Assembly (NCBI GenBank): GCA_037142615.1
Contig: JBAXAI010000001.1
Location: 384,001-448,000 of the forward strand
Direction of reading: 5' to 3'
Length of the DNA: 64,000 nucleotides
Source of the DNA: Spirochaetales bacterium
Lineage (GTDB): Bacteria > Spirochaetota > Spirochaetia > JABEVK01
Shown one piece after another: positions 57,425-64,000 of this stretch. Position numbers and translations under genes: made by a program. The notes beneath the pieces were generated by a model. That model was not told the origin of the DNA. It searched no databases and saw only the letters and a list, made by a program, of their open reading frames with translations. How positions within the stretch are numbered: the first letter of the stretch is position 1; each line of letters starts with the position of its first letter.

Positions 57425-57725
57425 TCGAAAAAAGCAAAAAAGAGAATCGGAGGGACTTACGTGTCACCCCCAACTTCGTGTTGCCCCGATTGTTCGGCCA
57501 CACCACACCGGTTGATCAGACCGGCGCTGATGGTGGGAGGTCTGCTTACCTCCATGGCGGCGTGCCACATGGTTCAAGGACGGCTTTGCACGCGCCAGCA
57601 TCTACGGCTGTCCCGGCCTTCGGGCTTTCGCCTTACGACCGAGCCGCAAGAGTTGACCAACTCCCAGCCGACTTACGCCTTATCAAGAACAACAACAAAG
57701 AACCCGCGGCGCTCTTCACGCCAAC
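57425..57725 (-). ncRNA. Candidate structured non-coding RNA of unknown class
   Basis: No convincing ORF; dense nested stems; terminal hairpin followed by U-tract; boxB/boxA-like 5' elements. Confidence 0.6.
57428..57475 (-). terminator. Intrinsic terminator closing the candidate RNA, directly upstream of the 57415 start
   Basis: AGTTGGGGGTGAC-ACGTAA-GTCCCTCCGATT then CTCTTTTTTGCTTTTTT. Confidence 0.65.
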
Positions 57726-57873
57726 GATCCGTTACCCCTGTGGAGGGTTGTTCCGGCACGATTCTCTGGTTCAATTACTCCCTGCCACCTGTTTTTTTCC
57801 GGAAATCTTCTGAGAACTCGAACGACGACGAAAAACTGAAGGCATGGTCGTGGTAGTCCTAACGAGGCACACG

Positions 57874-58158
57874 GTGACTGACAACACCCCCCTTCCCTGG
57901 CCGGACTTCTGGCCGTCTGCCGTTCAAGACGGCTGTGTCGGTACCCAGCTTTCAACACCTACACCCATGACCTCGTCCTTACCCCTGAGGACCATTGAGA
58001 TCACGGGCCGAACCAAGTCGTCGGGTTCAACTTCACCGCCTCGGGTGCCCCGGACCGCTTCCGCAACGTGTACGAATGGAACTTCGGCCGGTTCCGTGAC
58101 TCCTACTCGCTCAACCGGCACGGCATGCGCTCGAGCTGCTCGAAGGGCTGGTGCTTGA
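57874..58158 (+). pseudogene. Possible degraded small gene
   Basis: GAGG RBS plus GTG; the most protein-like reading shifts frame at a C6 run (57887-57892) and crosses an in-frame TGA (57996-57998). Confidence 0.3.
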
Positions 58159-58920
58159 TCAGAGGTCGAGCAACAGCACCGCCGGCTTTCCGTAATCGCT
58201 GCCGGGGTTGAACAGGCGGGTGTGGCCATTCTTGGCCAAGCCGTCGAACGCCCAGTGGGTGTGGCCGAAGACGACAGTGTCAACGTTGTTGAGGCGATCT
58301 TCCCACTCCAGCGGACCGCCGAAGTAGCCTCCGCTGCGGATGCCCTTCCAGTCCTTGTCTTTCACCACCTCGAAGAACGGAAAGTGGGTCACCAGGTAGG
58401 TGGTCCAGCCCAGCGCCTTCTTTTCGGCGCACACCTGAAGCGCGCTTTCGAAGCCTTCGCGGGCATGCTCGCGCAGAAAGACTTCCGAGTTCTCGAAGTC
58501 GCCGATCCAGTTCGGGTCGTTGGTACTCGGGGGAGACTCGGCGTACCACCCGCCGAAGCCCGCGAACACGGTCTTGTGCTCGGGGAGGAGAAGTGGCGAG
58601 TCGGGGAGGTAGTAGACCCCCTGCTTGGGGACGCGGCGGCGAACGGCCTCGAGGGCCTCCTGGGCTGTCAGTTGGCCACGGGACCAGTAGGAGTGGTTGC
58701 CCGGCACCCAGCGCACCTCGGCGTCGCCAAATAGGTCGCTCGCAAACTTCAGACAAGCCACCTCGTGGTCGGGGTCGTTGCTGCCGTTGTCGCCGCCCAG
58801 AATGACGTGTTCGATGTCATACTCGTGCTCGCGCCACAGGCTGTCGAGCTTCTTCTTCCAGGTGTGGTCGGCCTCAGGGGAATAGCCGAGGTGGATGTCG
58901 GTGGCAATCAGTACTTTCAT
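58159..58920 (-). CDS. Calcineurin-like metallophosphoesterase
   Basis: TDIH, GGD, VPGNH, VTHFP, FGHTH, NPG; GGAGG RBS before ATG 58920. Confidence 0.92.
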   Translation of the reverse strand: MKVLIATDIHLGYSPEADHTWKKKLDSLWREHEYDIEHVILGGDNGSNDPDHEVACLKFASDLFGDAEVRWVPGNHSYWSRGQLTAQEALEAVRRRVPKQGVYYLPDSPLLLPEHKTVFAGFGGWYAESPPSTNDPNWIGDFENSEVFLREHAREGFESALQVCAEKKALGWTTYLVTHFPFFEVVKDKDWKGIRSGGYFGGPLEWEDRLNNVDTVVFGHTHWAFDGLAKNGHTRLFNPGSDYGKPAVLLLDL

Positions 58921-59009
58921 AGGTCCTCCACCGAGCATACGCCGAACCAGGCTGTTTTTCTCCGGCGAAAAATCGGGGGACCGTGGCGTACAGGTTGCGG
59001 AGGCAACCC

Positions 59010-60722
59010 ATGAGAACGCTCGACAAAGGACATTCGAAGTTTCTTGCCATTCTGGAACTGCCGTTGGTACAGCGCCTGTTGGAAGGGGACTGGGATGCCT
59101 TCCAGTTTGAGTTCGCGCTGCAGTACGTTTCCAACTTCGAAACCACCAAGGGCCAACAGCGGTACTTCCGTGGGTCCAACCTTCCGGGTCTGGAAGAGTT
59201 CTGTGAGGACTCGTCCAACTGGTGGACCTCGCCGCGCGGAGGAAGCGCCTCTGATCGCGAAACCGTCCGTGAGTTCCTGGGGACGCAGTTGCAGGAACGT
59301 TTCGCCCGGGTCGCCGCCATGGACCGCGCCGAAGCCGACCACTTCGTGGCCGAGTTTATCGACTTCTTTGGTTTGACGATCCAGCAGTTCACGGTCTACT
59401 TGGCGTTCGTGTTGGCGCACCTGCGGATGCCTTGGCATCAGGTTTCCGAGCACAACGAGGACCGGTTCGAGGAACTGGCGCTGAAGGCTGCGGGAACGGA
59501 CGCCGCGTTCTATAACCTCGAGTTTGTCTCACCCCGTTCGCGGATGCACAAAGTGGGGCTGGTGTCTGCCGGCGGCATGTACAGCAACCCCCTCACCATC
59601 GCCGACCTCACCATCCACAAGTTCGGCCTCGACGCGTTCGACAAGGGCACCATCAATCGCATGTTCGACGACCTGGAAGGGCCCGTGGTGTTCATCACCA
59701 ACCAGGTGGACCGCATCGACCCGTCGACGGCCCGGCGCTTCGACCTGGTGATCCGCTTCGAAGAACCCTCCCAGGACCGGCTGGTCGCCCTGTGGCACCA
59801 GGAGGTCGAACGCCAGGGTCTGTCGGCCGCGTGGAACCCCCAGCAAATCCGGGCCCTGGCCCAGCGGTTCAAGAGCAACCTCGGCGTTGTCAGCCAAGCG
59901 TGTCAGCTCATCCGCGAGCTCCCGGTCGAGGTGCAAGCTGAGTTCCGCGCCGAGACGGTGCTCGAAACCGTGCTCGGGGCTCAGTTGCGTTTGGTCACGA
60001 ACCGCAAGCCCGAGCCCTTCCGCAAGGCTTCGGAACTCTACGACATGGAGTGTCTCAATACCTCGGTTCCTGTGACCCAGCTGGTCGATATCGCACGGCG
60101 CTGGAACCAGAAGTCCGACCGGGCCGGTCTGAAGTACCTGCTCCACGGCATCACGGGCGGCGGGAAGAGTGCCTTGGCCCGGCACCTGGCCGATGAACTG
60201 GGTCTTCCCGTTCTCTTCAAGCAGGCCAGCGATCTGCTCGGTGCCTTTGTGGGCCAAAACGAACAGAACATCCGTCAGGCTTTCGACGAGGCCGAGCGCA
60301 CCGGCGCCGTTCTCGTGATCGACGAGGTCGACTCGTTCCTTTCGGGGCGGGCCGGAGGAAAACGCGGCTGGGAGAACTCCATGGTGAACGAGTTCCTGAC
60401 CAACATCGAGAACTTTCAGGGATTCCTGGTGGTGAGCACCAACCTGATGGAGGTGCTCGACGTCGCCCTGCTCCGCCGCTTCACCCTCAAGGTGGAGTTC
60501 CGCGCCTTGACGCCCGAGGCCTCGGTGCGCCTGTTGGTGCGCTACTTTCCCGAGCTGGATCCGGTAACGGTCGGACCGCTCCGGTCGCTGACGCCCGGCG
60601 ACTTTGGGGCCGTCAAGGCTCGACAGGAACTCTGCCCCGAGCTCGACGTGCTGGCGGCGCTCCAGGAAGAGGCCGCTGCCCGGGCCGCCCAGTCCGGTCA
60701 GCGGCGATCGATCGGTTTCTAG
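59010..60722 (+). CDS. AAA+ ATPase (SpoVK/Vps4-like) with a degenerate first AAA module
   Basis: HGITGGGKS, SDLLGAFVGQNE, VIDEVDSFL, STN..LDVALLRRF, terminal SIGF; upstream remnant FITN..IDPSTARRF; GGAGG RBS. Confidence 0.9.
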   Translation: MRTLDKGHSKFLAILELPLVQRLLEGDWDAFQFEFALQYVSNFETTKGQQRYFRGSNLPGLEEFCEDSSNWWTSPRGGSASDRETVREFLGTQLQERFARVAAMDRAEADHFVAEFIDFFGLTIQQFTVYLAFVLAHLRMPWHQVSEHNEDRFEELALKAAGTDAAFYNLEFVSPRSRMHKVGLVSAGGMYSNPLTIADLTIHKFGLDAFDKGTINRMFDDLEGPVVFITNQVDRIDPSTARRFDLVIRFEEPSQDRLVALWHQEVERQGLSAAWNPQQIRALAQRFKSNLGVVSQACQLIRELPVEVQAEFRAETVLETVLGAQLRLVTNRKPEPFRKASELYDMECLNTSVPVTQLVDIARRWNQKSDRAGLKYLLHGITGGGKSALARHLADELGLPVLFKQASDLLGAFVGQNEQNIRQAFDEAERTGAVLVIDEVDSFLSGRAGGKRGWENSMVNEFLTNIENFQGFLVVSTNLMEVLDVALLRRFTLKVEFRALTPEASVRLLVRYFPELDPVTVGPLRSLTPGDFGAVKARQELCPELDVLAALQEEAAARAAQSGQRRSIGF

Positions 60723-60913
60723 ACGAGGACGAACGCATGTTGACCCAAGAAGTCTTCACCCTTGGCCCCGATGCGCGGCGCATTCTGTGTTCTCAGGGGG
60801 TTGAAAGTTCCCGGCTTTCGCTTTATCTATTAAGCGATAGGCGAATATGGGCGCACCATCAGTGCGTCTTAATTCCAAATGTCAGATATTTGTAGTTTCA
60901 ATGCACTTTGTGC

Positions 60914-60942
60914 TTGACAAACCCTTCTTAAAAGAGTAAAAT
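60914..60942 (+). promoter_or_regulatory. Sigma70 promoter upstream of the two sigma-domain genes
   Basis: TTGACA-N17-TAAAAT in an AT-rich intergenic region. Confidence 0.75.
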
Positions 60943-61050
60943 ATACACCATGAGATACAAGAGGAACCTACCAACCGAGACGATCTTCTAGCCCCGCGGA
61001 GCTTGGGGCTTCGCCGGTTGGTTGTCGTTCGGACTTATTGGAGGTTCTTC

Positions 61051-61431
61051 ATGATTCTTTCTCACGAGCAGCTCGCTCAGGCCTGCCGCGCCTATTTGAC
61101 AAAGCGCACCGAGCCCAGCCGCCAGCGCTTTCTGACACTTGCCTACCACTTCGCCAAGCAGCAGGCAGGTATCAATCTGTACACCCGCTCCAGCCGCCTC
61201 TGGGCCCGCGACGAGCTTGTGGAAGATCTGACCCAGTACAGCCTCGAACTCCTGATCAAGGAGTTCGCCAAGCCCCAGTTCAAGACCGCGGTCTGGGCCG
61301 AGAACCCGATGGGCTGCTTGACGCGGTTCTTGCAAAGCCGCGCCTACTCGTTCTTCCGCAGCGAGGGCAATTACCAGTTCAAATACACCAACGGCGAGTA
61401 CTTCGACACCGAGTACCAGGAAATCGCCTAA
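61051..61431 (+). CDS. Stand-alone sigma70 region-2-like protein (126 aa)
   Basis: GGAGG RBS; VEDLTQYSLELL resembles the ECF region 2.2 AEDLxQ motif; CLTRFLQSRAYSFFR resembles regions 2.3-2.4. Confidence 0.65.
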   Translation: MILSHEQLAQACRAYLTKRTEPSRQRFLTLAYHFAKQQAGINLYTRSSRLWARDELVEDLTQYSLELLIKEFAKPQFKTAVWAENPMGCLTRFLQSRAYSFFRSEGNYQFKYTNGEYFDTEYQEIA

Positions 61432-61457
61432 GACCAGACAACTTCCAGGAGGCCAGC

Positions 61458-61712
61458 ATGTCTATTTACTCACGTGATTTCAACGCACCCAGCGCCGAGG
61501 ACGAGTTCCTCGTCGCCGAGGCCCGCCGCGAGCTGGCGCACTTTGCCGCCAGCCTGCCACCGACGCTGGCCCAACTCTTCCAGCTGAAGAAGCTGGAGGG
61601 GCTCCCCAGCCGCGAGGTGGCTCTGGTGCTCGGTGTCGACGTGCACCAGGTGTACCGCGACACCAAACTGCTCGACCACCGCTGGGAGCAGGCGAAGGCA
61701 AGGTGGGGGTGA
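61458..61712 (+). CDS. Stand-alone sigma70 region-4-like HTH protein (84 aa)
   Basis: AGGAGG RBS; LPPTLAQLFQLKKLEGLPSREVALVLGVDVHQV fits the sigma4 LP..R..F.L...EG.S..EIA..LG pattern. Confidence 0.8.
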   Translation: MSIYSRDFNAPSAEDEFLVAEARRELAHFAASLPPTLAQLFQLKKLEGLPSREVALVLGVDVHQVYRDTKLLDHRWEQAKARWG

Positions 61713-61793
61713 GCAGGGCTTCGCGGTAACGGGGTCTCCAGACCTAACGGAACTCCAAGCGCCGGTTGTACAGGCCTCAGCATCGAAGTACCG

Positions 61794-62936
61794 TCAACTT
61801 TTCCCCGTGACCTTCCCAAACGCCACCTGCCACTGCCCCAACTGCTCCTCCAGACCCGCCGCAAGTTCAGGGCTGTCATGGCTGACCTCGCCGGGCCACT
61901 GGAAACAGAACTGCACGGCCTCGCGAAGGTCGCGCACGCGCAGGCGGAGGCGGGCCCGGATGATGCCGTCGGAGCTCCGGGTTGCCTCGACAACGGGCTG
62001 GCCGGGGTACAGCACGTGGCTCAGGGCCCAGCGGGCGGCGTTGCCGGTGAGCAGCAGGTCCACCTCGTGCACCCGGTCGCCCATCAGGCTTCCATAGATC
62101 TCCACGTAATCCTTTTGCAGCTCGTAAGCGTCCTTGCGCTCGAAGCGCCAGACGGCCCGCAACCGCCCGGACTCCGTGGTAGGCAACTGCGCCGACTCAA
62201 GCAAACCCCAGGGGTAGACGCGCGTGTTGCAGACCTCGGAAGCGGTTCCTGGCACACCGGTCACTTCGTCGCCAACGAGATGCCAGCCGTCGGCGGAGTT
62301 CACGAGAAGGTACGGCAGGAACAGGCGAGGCTTGGACCGACTGACGGTGAGGTACACAGGGTCGCCCTGGGCCAGCGCGCGCAGGAGCGTGTCGATAAGC
62401 CCCAGTTCGGCCTGGTCGGGCGTGTCCAGACCACCAACCTCGAAGTCCCACTCGCGTTCCCGCGGCCGGGTGCGCACCTCGTGGTAGACGATCTTGCCCT
62501 CGAGGGGGTTCTTGGTCTCGCGGGTCCAGCGCGTCAGGAGTTCAAGCATCCACGAACCGGTCTGGGGCGGAAGCGCCGTCGTCTGTTCGGCGAGCTGAGC
62601 CAAGAACGGGTAGATGGGGTCGACCATGGGCGCTTCTTCGTCTTTTGGGTCGCTCGACAAGGGACTGGCAATGTACACGTACTCGGCTCCGTTCTTGCGC
62701 CTGACCAGCCGCCCGTCCTTGGTCAGCAACTGGCCCAGAAGAACATCGAGGAACTGCATGTCGTACTGGAACTGTCGGGTGTCGATGTAGGAAAAGCCCT
62801 CGGGATGCCTCGCCTCGTCGAAGCTGGTCACCGAGGTGCGGGTGATGGGCTGCGAACCCAAGACTTGCTTGAGGTAGAACGTGAAGCGCAGAAGCACTTC
62901 GGGGATGGGCTTGGAGGTCTCGGCTTTCAGGTACAT
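61794..62936 (-). CDS. WYL-domain transcriptional regulator (wHTH-WYL-WCX)
   Basis: TRQFQYDMQFL (wHTH helix), LLRALAQG..PYLLVNSADGWHLVG (WYL), VDLLL..AARWA..YPGQ..SDG..SPEL (WCX). Confidence 0.8.
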   Translation of the reverse strand: MYLKAETSKPIPEVLLRFTFYLKQVLGSQPITRTSVTSFDEARHPEGFSYIDTRQFQYDMQFLDVLLGQLLTKDGRLVRRKNGAEYVYIASPLSSDPKDEEAPMVDPIYPFLAQLAEQTTALPPQTGSWMLELLTRWTRETKNPLEGKIVYHEVRTRPREREWDFEVGGLDTPDQAELGLIDTLLRALAQGDPVYLTVSRSKPRLFLPYLLVNSADGWHLVGDEVTGVPGTASEVCNTRVYPWGLLESAQLPTTESGRLRAVWRFERKDAYELQKDYVEIYGSLMGDRVHEVDLLLTGNAARWALSHVLYPGQPVVEATRSSDGIIRARLRLRVRDLREAVQFCFQWPGEVSHDSPELAAGLEEQLGQWQVAFGKVTGKS

Positions 62937-62977
62937 ACTGCTTTATACCATACGCACTGCTGGTTCGTGCTGGTTCT

Positions 62978-64000
62978 TCAAAGCAGATCCAGAACCCGGC
63001 CGGCAAAGTAGAGGGGCAACGAGACGAGCTCCGTGGCCCCCCCGTCGTACTCAAGGGCTTGGGACGAAGGTAGATTCAGGTCAAAGCGCACCGCTCGCTT
63101 GGGTCGCTTGGCCGCGACGAATTGCAGGGGTGACTTGAGGGTCCCGGCCTTGCCGGCTTTCACCTCAAGGGGAAGCAACTCGGTCCCCAAGCTGATCACG
63201 AAGTCGAGTTCCGCATTGTTCGAGCGCCCTTCGCGCAGCCAGTAGTTCAACTCGGGGAGTTGTTTGCCCAGGTAGCGACCCAGCAGTTCCTGGCCGACAA
63301 ACTGCTCGGCCAGCGCACCTTCCTTCAGCAAAGTCCGCTCGTCGAGCGACAGAGCCTGTGACCAGCTCATGCCCAAGGTCAGGCTAACGAGGCCGATGTC
63401 GAGAAACAAAAGTTTGAACGTTGAGAGATCCTGCCCAGCTTCCAAAGGAACTCCTGAACAATCCGAGTGGAACACGTAGGCGCATACCCGTGCCTTGCAG
63501 AGGAGGTCGATGGCACTCTTGACCTCGGAGCTCCGGTCGTCGGGCGCGAAGTTCGTGAACTTCACCTTGCGCCCCAACTGGGCCGGGACCGTCCGGAAGA
63601 CCCGCTGCAAACGGGCCAACTGAGTTTGACGGGCATACTTGGCGAAGTCGTCGACGTACGTGTCGAGGATGGCCCGCTGGACCGTGGCCACCTCAGCAAA
63701 AGTTCCGGTATCAAGCCAAGTCTGGACCGCCTCGGGCATTCCCCCGACGATGAGGAACTCCCGTTGCCTGTGGAGCAAGCTCTGATGCCGACTTTCAGGC
63801 ATGCGGTCTCCGAGTTTCCAGCCCTGGTAGAAGTGAGAAAGTTCCGCATCGACCGCAATGAGGTACTCAGCGAACGACAAGGGTCCGAGGTGAAGATAGT
63901 TGATTCGGCCTACTGGCATTGAAAAGGCATGGTCTGCCAAGGTGAACTCGAGTAACGAACCTGCGGCAACGACCGCCAGGTCGGGCAGGTCCTCAAGGAA
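62978..64000 (-). CDS. AAA_14/DUF4143-type ATP-binding protein, 5' part outside the window
   Basis: Frame open to the edge; AAGSLL, PVGR, PLSFAEYL, VGGMPE, DIGL, ELDFV, EVKAG. Confidence 0.9.
   Translation of the reverse strand, partial: FLEDLPDLAVVAAGSLLEFTLADHAFSMPVGRINYLHLGPLSFAEYLIAVDAELSHFYQGWKLGDRMPESRHQSLLHRQREFLIVGGMPEAVQTWLDTGTFAEVATVQRAILDTYVDDFAKYARQTQLARLQRVFRTVPAQLGRKVKFTNFAPDDRSSEVKSAIDLLCKARVCAYVFHSDCSGVPLEAGQDLSTFKLLFLDIGLVSLTLGMSWSQALSLDERTLLKEGALAEQFVGQELLGRYLGKQLPELNYWLREGRSNNAELDFVISLGTELLPLEVKAGKAGTLKSPLQFVAAKRPKRAVRFDLNLPSSQALEYDGGATELVSLPLYFAGRVLDLL

Noticed and set aside
57425-57725. Group II intron or hammerhead identity for the structured element
   Set aside because: No recognisable domain V or GUGCG 5' end, no reverse transcriptase nearby, and CTGATCA lies in a hairpin loop rather than a CUGANGA/GAAA three-way core
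57461-57856. 131 aa and 111 aa plus-strand ORFs over the structured element
   Set aside because: No motifs, atypical composition, and the base-pairing pattern explains the sequence better
61878-63011. 377 aa plus-strand ORF
   Set aside because: Antisense to the WYL gene, which has clear domain motifs

Overview
GC-rich bacterial chromosome segment, very probably a spirochaete. The evidence is the tgt-lptG-lptF-pnp-rpsO-truB-rbfA-infB-nusA-rimP-comF-mutS-skp-bamA-tamB-tmk and queA-ruvBAC-yebC-lepB-smpB gene orders, the NusA C-terminal zinc ribbon and an AKN...ALAA tmRNA tag. Positions 1-43.6 kb are mostly housekeeping genes, with an exbBD/tonB-like set coupled to tamB-bamA-skp and an inserted cassette of two histidine kinases and an adenylate cyclase. 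The tmRNA gene (43591-43955) is the integration site of a 5.8 kb element (tyrosine integrase, RteC-like protein, Xis-like HTH, rolling-circle Rep, terminase-small-subunit-like protein, two cargo genes). That element is bounded by a 24 bp att duplication and followed by 132 bp tandem repeats. From about 54.5 kb to the end lies an accessory region: Pif1-type helicase, Cys-rich protein, an unannotated, highly base-paired ~260 nt non-coding element with a boxB/boxA-like leader and terminator, a metallophosphoesterase, an AAA+ ATPase, an ECF-type sigma factor apparently encoded as two separate genes (sigma2 and sigma4), a WYL regulator and a DUF4143-type ATPase. This WYL / split-sigma / structured-RNA neighbourhood is the best candidate for an undescribed system. 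All calls come from motif recognition by eye; no database searches were run.
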